Origin: Minisyncoccia bacterium
GTDB lineage: Bacteria; Pseudomonadota; Gammaproteobacteria; Burkholderiales; Burkholderiaceae_D
NCBI GenBank assembly: GCA_047621345.1
Contig: JBLHLW010000016.1
Location: 4,592-68,591, forward strand
Length of the DNA stretch: 64,000 bases
Direction of reading: 5' to 3'
Every line of letters starts with the position of its first letter. Positions within the stretch are counted from its first letter, which is position 1. The notes under the pieces are model-generated. The model searched no databases, had not been told where the DNA came from, and saw nothing but the letters and a program-made list of their open reading frames with translations. Position numbers and translations under genes: made by a program. Shown one piece after another: positions 1 through 8,982 of the stretch.

Positions 1-95
1 CGGGCTTGTGAAGGGCGCGACAGACCTTCGAACAAATTTATTAAAGGCATTCTTCTAATCCTGCGCAGGGCGACTTTTCGGGAGGCCCCATCTTG

Positions 96-1454
96 CTACC
101 GCATCATCGGTGCAGCATCGTCCAGATGCCTTCGTGCTATCGCTTTGAAGTCATCGGAAACCCTGTCGTCGGCAAGTACGGCCCTCCAGAACTGGCCGGC
201 CAGCATCGCGGCGCGCGGCAGTTGTTGCAGATTCAGTTTGTCCATTGCGTCGAGAGACAGTCGTCGATCAACGACTTCACCTTGCATGTTTGGCCGATAG
301 AGCATCGGTAGCATGTCGTAGCAGGGCAGCAAGGAAAACTGCGGCCCGGGACGCCAGCTCAACGAGAGATTTCCCTGATGCCTGTCGGTATTGCCGATGA
401 GTGCGCCGTACAGGTCCAGCAACTGGATAACGCCGAGATCGGATGGCGTTAATTGGCGCTGGTTACAGAGCAAGCCTGCCACGGTGGACCACGATTTATC
501 GAGCGCGCCGGTTTCTCCTGCCAGGCTGGCCAATGACAGCATCGGGAGTCGGCCTTGAAGTCCCTGCCGGTCAAATCGGGTCGATTCCAGAAACACCCGA
601 TTTTGCGATATCAGGAGTTCCGACTTCGCGGCCGCAATACCGTTGAGTTCGAGCGTTGTCAGCGCATGGTGTTCGGCAATCAGGAGGTCCCCCCATCGCC
701 GCCCGCCTGGCGTGTCGATTCCCGCTGAAAATTTGACGATGACATGGCGGGCAGGTTGGTCCGCTGCATCGCCTGAGATCGTGGCGAGAAATTTAGGTTG
801 CTCACCGCCGGCGGAAGATCCGGGCAAATCCCCCCGCAAGGCCCGTCCGGCAAGCTCCGGGTAGCGAATACATCGATCGGTTTTGGGAATGATGTCCTGC
901 GCATTCTTCGCGAGATCCTGACGGTGACGACGATAGGACTCATTGCCGACGAGTAGATCGCCCACGCCATTGTTGCCGCGACGCGCAAGATAATAGAGCA
1001 CATCATCATCGCTCCACATCAACACATCCATCGGTAGATCCAGATCGGCATGTTCTTTCGGCACCGTCCGGCCTAAAAAACCTTGTGGCCGCAGATCCTG
1101 AAGAAAATAGGGCAACCCTTCGCACAGGGTGATGGCAGCACTTTCGCTCAATTGAACCGCATACCAGTGTCCGGCGAGGACGATCAAGTTGCAGAAATGG
1201 TCAGTGGCACCCATTGCATCGATGCGATAGACAGGCAATGTACTTCCAAGGTCACGCACAGGGCGACTCAAGCCGTATTTGGTCGACCGTGCAGCGCCCA
1301 GTACGCAGATGTCATTGCCCGCCGCCGGCCAGAGTCGTGAGAACGTCGGCTGGCTGATGCCCAATTCGGACGACAGCGTTTTTGCATCTGCCGGCTGGCG
1401 TGTCAAGAGGCGGCGAAGCGTCGCTATTTTGTCGTCAATTTTAATTTTTTTCAT
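96..1454 (-). CDS. yjjJ: HipA-family Ser/Thr kinase toxin, YjjJ-like, with N-terminal HTH
   Basis: 452 aa. N-terminal HTH (LSSELGISQPTFSRLW), SSAGGEQPKF loop, catalytic NTDRHQGN and YDMLPM motifs. No hipB-like ORF immediately upstream. Confidence 0.88.
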   Translation of the reverse strand: MKKIKIDDKIATLRRLLTRQPADAKTLSSELGISQPTFSRLWPAAGNDICVLGAARSTKYGLSRPVRDLGSTLPVYRIDAMGATDHFCNLIVLAGHWYAVQLSESAAITLCEGLPYFLQDLRPQGFLGRTVPKEHADLDLPMDVLMWSDDDVLYYLARRGNNGVGDLLVGNESYRRHRQDLAKNAQDIIPKTDRCIRYPELAGRALRGDLPGSSAGGEQPKFLATISGDAADQPARHVIVKFSAGIDTPGGRRWGDLLIAEHHALTTLELNGIAAAKSELLISQNRVFLESTRFDRQGLQGRLPMLSLASLAGETGALDKSWSTVAGLLCNQRQLTPSDLGVIQLLDLYGALIGNTDRHQGNLSLSWRPGPQFSLLPCYDMLPMLYRPNMQGEVVDRRLSLDAMDKLNLQQLPRAAMLAGQFWRAVLADDRVSDDFKAIARRHLDDAAPMMR

Positions 1455-1460
1455 AAAGGA

Positions 1461-1537
1461 TGAATAGATAAAAAATAGACTTCTTTAGTCGTGAGTAGAC
1501 CTTATTTGACCATAAATGAATGAATTTTGAATAGATA
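1461..1537. promoter_or_regulatory. AT-rich yjjJ upstream region with direct repeats
   Basis: TGAATAGATA at 1461-1470 and 1528-1537; AATAGA/AGTAGA cores at 1463, 1474, 1494 and 1530. Confidence 0.45.
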
Positions 1538-1709
1538 TTATTGTATTGAAGGCGCTAACGCGAGACGGCCAGCGGCGGCCGTTGGCGTGGCTTTGGAGAG
1601 GCGGGAACGAGCAGGATGCAGGGAGGTCAGACTAGTCGCACGCACCGTGCAGCAGGCAAGTGTCGAACGGACGTTGCTCAAGGCACACCGCGTCCCTGCC
1701 GGCACAACG

Positions 1710-1735
1710 AAAAAACCCGGGAACAAGTCCCGGGT
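1710..1735 (-). terminator. Intrinsic terminator of the TonB-dependent receptor gene
   Basis: Stem ACCCGGGA/TCCCGGGT with a 5-nt loop, followed by a T-run on the minus strand, about 70 nt past the stop codon. Confidence 0.75.
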
Positions 1736-1802
1736 CAAGGTGCTACTGGTATCAGTTTCCTGCCGTTTCCGGCTGGGTTGCTGACTTATTTTTTATGCTG
1801 CA

Positions 1803-4655
1803 TTAGAACTTGTACTTGACGCCGACATTCAGGTAACGGCCGAGCGCACCGCTGTAGTCCAGCGGGTTGTACGACTGGGCACCGTAGGTCAGTGGATCGA
1901 GTGGCGGGATCCGGTCAAACAAGTTCTGGATCGTTCCGAAAATTTCCACGTTCTTGTTGGCCATCCAGCGGAAGCTCATGTCGACCGTTGTGAAGGACGA
2001 TAATTTGCAGCCATTAGGTGCATCGGTACCGTCAGCGAAAACGCTGGCGCAACCAGCGGGGTCATTTTTGAACAGCTTGTTGTCGAGCTTGCCGCGGTAG
2101 TTGACGATGGTCGAGACACGAATCGCGTCGCGTTCCCAGGTTGCTCCCAAGTTGACGCGGTCTGCTGGCGTACCGATACAGTTGGTGACGTCGCAGTTGC
2201 CATGTGTGCCAGCAAAATCATACTCTGAGCCATCTTTTTCCTTGCGCATGAATTTGAACAGATGGGTCCATTTTGCATCCATGGTCAGTTTGCCATTGCC
2301 GGTACCCAGATCGAAGCCCTGACGGAAGTCGAGGTCGGCACCTTGCACGGTAGTCGAGGCAGAGTTGACATATTTCGCCAGCACTGCAGTGATACCACCC
2401 GGATCGCCTGGAATCGCTGTTGCTGTGGAAGGGTCGCGTGACACCTGGCCCGCTGCAATTGACGCAGAAGTCTGTTCCTGATTAATCTCGTTCTTCCGCT
2501 TGATCTGGAAGAAGTCGAGCGACATGCTGGTCTTCGGCAGTGGATCCCAAACGAAGCCGAGGGTCGTACTCTCGGATTTTTCTGGTTGCAGGTTTCTGTT
2601 CGGTGAGGTGATCACCGCCACGCTGGCAGGCGAACAAGCTGAAGTGACACCGAGAGCGCAACGAGTTGGATCAATTGCGCTGGAGAATGCAGCCAGGCCG
2701 CCGTCGCCGTTTTCTGCTGCACTAGGTGCCCGGAATCCACGAGCTACAGTTCCACGGATCGCAAATTCTTTGACCGGTGTCCATTTAGCGCCAATTTTTG
2801 GGGTGAAAGCATTGCCAACATCGGAGTAGCGGTCAGCACGTACGGCAGCTGACAACTCAAGGGATTTGGCAACAGGTGCTAAAACTTCCGCATACAAAGC
2901 ACCGACGTTGCGGCTGCCTTTGTAGGCAGAGTAGCCTAGCCCGATAACATCACCGACTTCTGTGCCGCTGGATGGGTCGAGTTGGACCGACTCGTGACGG
3001 AATTCACCGCCAACGGCCAAGCCGATCGCACCACCGGCAAGCTTGCCGAGTTCGCGCGACGCCTTGAAGTCGATTTGGGTGACCTGCGTCTTCGCATCGT
3101 TGCTGACTACGGGTGACAAAGCAGCATAGACAGCTGCAGAATTGAGGCCCGCATTTTCGGCGATACGCCAGTAGGTTCCGGCAGGCAATGCTGCATAGGC
3201 CGGGCTTCTGGCTCTAGCGGCAGCGACGTTGGCGGCGGTCGGATTGAGCAATGCGAAGGTTGCTGCCCGTGCCAGGTAGCCGGTGCGGGAATTTGAAACC
3301 TTGTTTTCCGAGTAAAGGAAGGCCGTGTCAAAGTCCCACGCGCCTTGAGTGCCCTTCAGACCGGCAACCAACCGTGTGAAGGTCGAGTCAATACTGCTGA
3401 CGCGGGGGCCGACATCGGCGGCGATATAACGCAAGCGTGCTGCTGTGCCGAAGTACGGGTTATCAGGATGAGCAGCACCAAGTGCGACACCGGCGTTGCT
3501 AACCGGGCCGCCCGGGTAACCGACACTGCCACTGACACCTGATGGTGTGGAGTAAGAAACCGACTCGCTCTTGTAGAGGTTGTACTCGACATAGGCTTGC
3601 AGGTCCGGATTGATCTGGCGTGTGCCGCGACCAAAGAAGTTAAACGTCTCCTGTTTAGGCTGAATTTGGTTGTAGTCTTGCGCCGAATCGGTCAGGCATC
3701 CACCGAGCGGATCGCCTTGCGGATGTGTCGTAAAGTTGCCGCACGCTGCCCCAGGGAAAAGACGGCTGAAGCCGGCGCCAGCGAGGTTGCCGCGGTTGTA
3801 GTAGTCCAGCGTTGTTGGGTTGCGGACATTTCCGTTGACAGCGCTGCTGGCGAGATTGTTGTCAATAATTGCACCGGCACCACTCAAGTTTTCTTGTGCG
3901 CTGAAGCCATACCCACGCAAATCAGATTTTCCAACCTGGCGACGGTCGCTGCGATCACGGTAGTACGCATCGCCCTTGTTGCCATATTCGAAGTTCAGCA
4001 AGACATTGTATTTATCCGTATCGATGTCGCCAAAGCCGTGGGTAATCGTAGCGCGGACATCCTTGCCGTCGCCGTAGCTAGCGGTCTGACCGTAGCTTAT
4101 CTTGGCCGTTGTACCTTTATAATCTTTGCGAAGGATGACGTTGACTACGCCGGCAATGGCGTCAGAGCCATAAATGGCTGATGCGCCGTCTTTCAGGATT
4201 TCAACGCGCTCGACAGCTTCCAGTGGAATCAGGTTGAGGTCTGCAAAGACTTTTTGACCATCGTCGGCCAAACCGTAGGGCGCAACGCGGCGGCCATTGA
4301 CCAGTACCAATGTCGAAGCGGTGCCGAGGCCGCGCAGCGAGATACCCGATGCACCGGCAGCAAAACCGTTACCAAAGGTGGTTGGTACTGAACCCTGGTT
4401 GTCAACGGCGAGCGATTGCAGCAATTCAGCAACACTGGCCTTGCCGGATTTCTCGATGTCGGTACGGCTCAGTATCTGAACGGCGGAGGCAGTTTCTGCC
4501 TGTGCCCGACGGATGTTTGACCCTGTCACTTCGACGCGTTGTGTGGCTGCAGCTTCTTGAGCCAAGGCAGGCATGGCGATCATGCCCAGTCCCATGACGA
4601 CACTGCCTGAAAACATCAGGCGCATCGACCGTGACAATACGGTTTCCTTCATCAT
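1803..4655 (-). CDS. TonB-dependent outer-membrane receptor
   Basis: Signal peptide, TonB-box-like QRVEVTGS, plug motifs (ISLRGLG, TLVLVNGRR, VERVEILKDGASAIYGSDAIAGVVN), C-terminal YKF. AAGGAG lies 7 nt before the ATG at 4655. Confidence 0.95.
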   Translation of the reverse strand: MMKETVLSRSMRLMFSGSVVMGLGMIAMPALAQEAAATQRVEVTGSNIRRAQAETASAVQILSRTDIEKSGKASVAELLQSLAVDNQGSVPTTFGNGFAAGASGISLRGLGTASTLVLVNGRRVAPYGLADDGQKVFADLNLIPLEAVERVEILKDGASAIYGSDAIAGVVNVILRKDYKGTTAKISYGQTASYGDGKDVRATITHGFGDIDTDKYNVLLNFEYGNKGDAYYRDRSDRRQVGKSDLRGYGFSAQENLSGAGAIIDNNLASSAVNGNVRNPTTLDYYNRGNLAGAGFSRLFPGAACGNFTTHPQGDPLGGCLTDSAQDYNQIQPKQETFNFFGRGTRQINPDLQAYVEYNLYKSESVSYSTPSGVSGSVGYPGGPVSNAGVALGAAHPDNPYFGTAARLRYIAADVGPRVSSIDSTFTRLVAGLKGTQGAWDFDTAFLYSENKVSNSRTGYLARAATFALLNPTAANVAAARARSPAYAALPAGTYWRIAENAGLNSAAVYAALSPVVSNDAKTQVTQIDFKASRELGKLAGGAIGLAVGGEFRHESVQLDPSSGTEVGDVIGLGYSAYKGSRNVGALYAEVLAPVAKSLELSAAVRADRYSDVGNAFTPKIGAKWTPVKEFAIRGTVARGFRAPSAAENGDGGLAAFSSAIDPTRCALGVTSACSPASVAVITSPNRNLQPEKSESTTLGFVWDPLPKTSMSLDFFQIKRKNEINQEQTSASIAAGQVSRDPSTATAIPGDPGGITAVLAKYVNSASTTVQGADLDFRQGFDLGTGNGKLTMDAKWTHLFKFMRKEKDGSEYDFAGTHGNCDVTNCIGTPADRVNLGATWERDAIRVSTIVNYRGKLDNKLFKNDPAGCASVFADGTDAPNGCKLSSFTTVDMSFRWMANKNVEIFGTIQNLFDRIPPLDPLTYGAQSYNPLDYSGALGRYLNVGVKYKF

Positions 4656-4744
4656 TGCCAAACTCCTTCGGGGGTAGTGTTTTTTAACAACCGATTTTTA
4701 TTCGCTGGTTATTTCCAGCTCTACAAACAATTTCCTTGGGAAAT

Positions 4745-4796
4745 TGATTTTGTGAATCACATGGAACCATTTGCTGCAGATCAATGTCAATCTGCA
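4745..4796. promoter_or_regulatory. Candidate operator palindromes in the receptor/ABC divergent region
   Basis: TGTGAATCACA (4751-4761), overlapping TGATT-N5-AATCA (4745-4759), and TGCAGAT-N8-ATCTGCA (4775-4796). Confidence 0.35.
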
Positions 4797-5199
4797 AAAT
4801 AGAACGGGTGTTCGAAAAAACAACAGGTTTTTTGTTGAGGAATTGAGGTGTCGGGACCGCCCGATGCAGAGCCAAACAGTGCAGATATATTGTCGATGTT
4901 GAATTACGCTAAATTTTATAAATCGATTTTTGACTTGAGGCGGCACTTGAATTTAGGCTTTTAATTCGCGGAAGGCGACAGGGGTAGGTGAACGTGAAAT
5001 CTTGTGCGCAGCAGCATAAAAATATAATTCTCACACTCCCGAATCGTGTTGACTTGCGTTATCTTTACGGCCTTTTACGTCTCGGCCACATGCTGAGGCG
5101 CAACGGTCCAACGATCAATCGGGCCATCCGGTTCAGGCGTGCGATCAGGCATAGTCAGAGCAGGCCCGCATGGCCGCAGCGTATAGAGGATGTCGATCG

Positions 5200-6987
5200 A
5201 TGTGGAAATTTGTAGCGCACGCGTGCGTCTCCCTGTTGCTGGTTGCCGGCCCTGCCCGTGCCGTTAGTCCGGCCGACCCTGACAAGGTCATCCATTACGC
5301 TATGCCGGCGGCTGATGATGGTTTCGATCTGGTACGTACCGCGAACTATTATTCCGGCGTGATTGCTGAATCCATTTACGAGACGCTACTCACTTACGAT
5401 TACCTGGCCAGTCCGGCCAAGCTCGTGCCGAAAGTGGCCGAGGCGATGCCCGAGATCACCGACGGCGGCAAGACCTATACCTTTCATCTCAAGAAAGGGA
5501 TCTTCTTTACTGACGATCCCGCCTTCAAGGGCAAGCCACGAGAACTGATTGCGCAAGACTTTGCCTATGCGTTTCGTCGCCTGCTTGATCCGGTTAATCG
5601 CTCGCCTTCAGCGGGTTTTCTGCAAGGAAAAATCGTCGGCATGGATGCCGTTGTCGCTGCTGCAAAGAAGAGCGGCAAGTTCGATTACGACGCGCCAGTT
5701 GCCGGTTTGCAGACGCCCGACCGCTACACCTTGCAAGTGCGTCTGAATGCCCCCGACTACAATTTCCTGTACGTGATTGCCTACAGTGCGCTCGCCGGTA
5801 GCGCGCGCGAAGTCATTGATGCCTACGGCTTGCAAAGCGGCCAGCATCCGGTCGGTACCGGTGCTTACATGCTGGAGAGTTACGTTCCGCGCAGCAAGAT
5901 CGTCCTCGTCGCCAACCCGGGCTATCGCGGTTCGATCTGGAATTTCGAACCTTCATCGGACCCGATGGACCAGCAAATCGTGCGTGACATGAAGGGCAAG
6001 AAAATGCCGCAGGTCGGGCGCATCGAGATCAGCGTGATCGAAGAAGAGCAGGCGCGCTGGCTGGCATTTCAGGACAAGCAGATCGACATCGACTGGATAC
6101 CGCAACTGGCATCGCGCACCGCGCTCGATGGGGCCAAGCTCAAGCCCGAATTCGTCGCGCAAAAAATCCGCCTGCAACGCTTTATCGAACCAGCCATCAC
6201 CTACACGTTCTTCAACATGCATGACCCCATCGTCGGTGGGTATACAAACGAAAAAAATGCGCTGCGTCGGGCGATCGCGATGTCCTTCAATACTGCCGAA
6301 GATGTGGCGCTTATTCGTCATGGTCAAGCGATGAATGCCGAGATGATCATCCCGCCGGGTGTCGTCGGTTACGACCCGAGCTATCGCAGCAGCATTGGTT
6401 ACGACCCGGTACTGGCCAACAAACTGCTCGACCACTTTGGCTACAAGCGTGGTCCCGACGGTTATCGCACGCTGCCCGATGGCAAGCCACTACGTCTGAA
6501 AATCAACCGCGAATCGTCGGTGATTTCGAAGGAATTGTCCGAGATGTGGAAGCGCGGGCTCGACGAGATTGGCGTTCATGCCGAGTACCCGGTCAGCAAC
6601 TTTGCCGACAACCTCAAAGCCGCCAACAAGTGCGAACTGATGATGTGGGGCGGTGCCTGGAGCGTTGATTACCCGGATGGTGAAAATTTCCTGCAACTGT
6701 TGTATGGACCGAATGCCCATCAGGGCAATAACGGTTGCTACGAGTCGGCCGCTTATGATGCGCTATTCACGAAAGCGATCGCGTTGCCGCCGGGGGGCGA
6801 ACGCACTGCGCTGTATGCCCAGATGAACCGGCAGATGGAAGCCGATACGGCCTGGCATCTTGGCGTACTGCGCATCCGCAACTGGGTTAGTCGGCCGTGG
6901 GTGCTGGGTTTCAAGAAGCATCCGTTGCTGCATACCGGCTGGGAATATATTGACGTCGACAAGCGGCTGGTGGAGGAGGGGCGTTGA
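5200..6987 (+). CDS. ABC transporter substrate-binding protein, family 5 (Opp/Dpp-like), copy 1
   Basis: Signal peptide from MWKFV; ETLLTYDY, PVGTG, ALRRAIAM, DYPDGENF motifs. Start moved from 5170 to the ATG at 5200, after GAGGA. Confidence 0.9.
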   Translation: MWKFVAHACVSLLLVAGPARAVSPADPDKVIHYAMPAADDGFDLVRTANYYSGVIAESIYETLLTYDYLASPAKLVPKVAEAMPEITDGGKTYTFHLKKGIFFTDDPAFKGKPRELIAQDFAYAFRRLLDPVNRSPSAGFLQGKIVGMDAVVAAAKKSGKFDYDAPVAGLQTPDRYTLQVRLNAPDYNFLYVIAYSALAGSAREVIDAYGLQSGQHPVGTGAYMLESYVPRSKIVLVANPGYRGSIWNFEPSSDPMDQQIVRDMKGKKMPQVGRIEISVIEEEQARWLAFQDKQIDIDWIPQLASRTALDGAKLKPEFVAQKIRLQRFIEPAITYTFFNMHDPIVGGYTNEKNALRRAIAMSFNTAEDVALIRHGQAMNAEMIIPPGVVGYDPSYRSSIGYDPVLANKLLDHFGYKRGPDGYRTLPDGKPLRLKINRESSVISKELSEMWKRGLDEIGVHAEYPVSNFADNLKAANKCELMMWGGAWSVDYPDGENFLQLLYGPNAHQGNNGCYESAAYDALFTKAIALPPGGERTALYAQMNRQMEADTAWHLGVLRIRNWVSRPWVLGFKKHPLLHTGWEYIDVDKRLVEEGR

Positions 6988-7041
6988 AGGTGGTGGTTTT
7001 TGTCGGTGGGGGGCGCATGGGGGCGCGGTCGGTGGGACGCG

Positions 7042-7074
7042 CGCGTGGGCACGATAAGTCCGTGCCCACCCTAC
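7042..7074 (-). repeat. REP family 1 (GTAGGGTGGGCAC-loop-GTGCCCACGCG)
   Basis: GTAG-headed palindromic unit between the two binding-protein genes; matches the other copies in the window. Confidence 0.85.
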
Positions 7075-7191
7075 GGGCAGCGCACGCGCGCGCCATCGAA
7101 TGCCCACCCGCGCGACCTGGCGACGTTCGCCACACTGGCCCGGCGCACTGCACCGACAACAATGACATCGCTCTGACATGCTAGGAAACAC

Positions 7192-8982
7192 ATGACATCA
7201 CTCTGGTTACGCACCCTAATTCTGGCCGGCGCCACGGCGCTGCTGCCGTTGGCATCTCACGCGGCCGGTTCAGCCGATCCCGCCAAGGTCTTGCGCTATG
7301 TCTTCCCGGCCGCCGAATCCGGTTTTGATCCGGCCATCGCGCGGGATCTGTATTCGGCACAAGTGCTGCAATCGGTGTTCGAGACGCTCTATACCTACGA
7401 CTATCTGGCCCGTCCCGCCAAGCTGGTGCCGCTGACCGCCGATGGCATGCCGGAGGTGACCGAGGAAGGCAAGGTCTACACAATCCGTCTGAAGAAAGGC
7501 ATCACCTTTTATCCCGACGCCGCCTTCAAGGGTAAGACGCGCGAACTGACGATGGCCGACTATATGTATTCGTTCCGTCGCCTGTTCGACCCGAAACTGG
7601 CATCGCCACACACCTGGCTGTTCGAGGGCAAGGTCATCGGCCTCGACGACCTCGCCAAGGAAGCCAAAAAGACCGGCAAGTTTGACTACGACACCCCGAT
7701 CGCCGGTTTCGAACTGCTCGATCCGTACACGTTGCGCATCCGCCTGACCCAGCCCGATTTTAATCTCGGCATGATTCTGGCGCACATCCCCACTGGCGCC
7801 GTGGCACGCGAAGTGATCGAGAAATACCACGATACCGGCGGCCAAGTGATGGCCAATCCGGTCGGCACCGGGCCGTATCATCTAACTGAATGGGTACGCT
7901 CGTCTCGCATTGAACTGACTGCCAGCCCGGCGTATCGCGGCTTTACGTGGGATTTCAAAGCCGGCAGCGATCCCGAAGACCAAGCCATTGTTGCCAGCCT
8001 CAAGGGCAAGCGGATGCCGCAAATCGGCCGTGTCGAAATCGCCGTGATGGTCGAAGACCAGTCGCGTCTGCTGGCCTTCCAGAACGATGAAATCGACCTG
8101 TTCGAATTGCAGGGGCCACTTGCGCCGCAACTGCTGGTGCGCGGCAAGCTCAAACCCGAGTTCGCCAAAAAAGGCTACCAGCTCTCGCGCATCGTCGATC
8201 CCGAATCGAGCTACTACTACTGGAATATGGAAGACCCGGTACTGGGCGGGTTTGACAAGCACAAGATTGCGCTGCGCCGCGCCATCGCGATGGCCCACAA
8301 CGTCGATGAAGAAATTCGCCTGATCTGGAATGGCGAAGCCACCGCGCTGGAATATCCGATCCCGCCCGGTGTCGTCGGCCATGACCCGTCGTACAAGAGT
8401 TCCATCCAGTACGACCCGGTCGCTGCCAATGCCCTGCTCGACAAATTCGGCTACAAGAAAGGCGGCGACGGTTACCGCAATCTGCCTAGCGGCAAACCGT
8501 TCACGATCCGTTATTCGGCGCGCAACGACAGCACCGGCCAGCAGCAAGCCGAGATGTGGAAAAAGACCTACGACTCGATCGCCATTCGCATGACCGGCGA
8601 TGTGCGTCCGTTTCCGGATTTGCTGAAAGCCGAAAAATCCTGCCAGCTGCAAACCCGCACCTCGCCGTGGATTGCCGACTATCCCGATGGTGACAATTTC
8701 ATGCAGTTGTACTACGGCCCGAATACCGGCCAGAACAACAATGGCTGCGTCAAGATCCCGGCCTACGATGAGCTGTATCGCGCCTCGCAAAAGCTGGCGG
8801 ATGGTCCCGAGCGCGATCTGATTTATCACAAGATGACCCGCATCATGGAGCTGTACTCGGCCCAGCGGATGGGCTATGCGCGCTTTCGCAACATGGTGTC
8901 GCAAGCACGCGTGATCGGCTACAAGAAACATCCGATCCTGAGCGCCGAGTGGATGTACTTTGATATCGAGAAAAACAAATGA
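7192..8982 (+). CDS. ABC transporter substrate-binding protein, family 5, copy 2
   Basis: Signal peptide; shares long blocks with copy 1 (AFKGKxREL, GKFDYD, IPPGVVGxDPSY, NNGC, KKHP). Confidence 0.92.
   Translation: MTSLWLRTLILAGATALLPLASHAAGSADPAKVLRYVFPAAESGFDPAIARDLYSAQVLQSVFETLYTYDYLARPAKLVPLTADGMPEVTEEGKVYTIRLKKGITFYPDAAFKGKTRELTMADYMYSFRRLFDPKLASPHTWLFEGKVIGLDDLAKEAKKTGKFDYDTPIAGFELLDPYTLRIRLTQPDFNLGMILAHIPTGAVAREVIEKYHDTGGQVMANPVGTGPYHLTEWVRSSRIELTASPAYRGFTWDFKAGSDPEDQAIVASLKGKRMPQIGRVEIAVMVEDQSRLLAFQNDEIDLFELQGPLAPQLLVRGKLKPEFAKKGYQLSRIVDPESSYYYWNMEDPVLGGFDKHKIALRRAIAMAHNVDEEIRLIWNGEATALEYPIPPGVVGHDPSYKSSIQYDPVAANALLDKFGYKKGGDGYRNLPSGKPFTIRYSARNDSTGQQQAEMWKKTYDSIAIRMTGDVRPFPDLLKAEKSCQLQTRTSPWIADYPDGDNFMQLYYGPNTGQNNNGCVKIPAYDELYRASQKLADGPERDLIYHKMTRIMELYSAQRMGYARFRNMVSQARVIGYKKHPILSAEWMYFDIEKNK

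Noticed and set aside
4763-4791. sigmaE-like promoter GGAACCA-N16-GTCAAT
   Set aside because: Partial match only, about 410 nt from the next plus-strand start, and overlapping a palindrome that offers another explanation.
4656-5199. Fur box or cobalamin riboswitch for the TonB receptor
   Set aside because: No GATAATGATAATCATTATC-like site and no B12-box motifs could be seen. A formal scan could still find a weak site.
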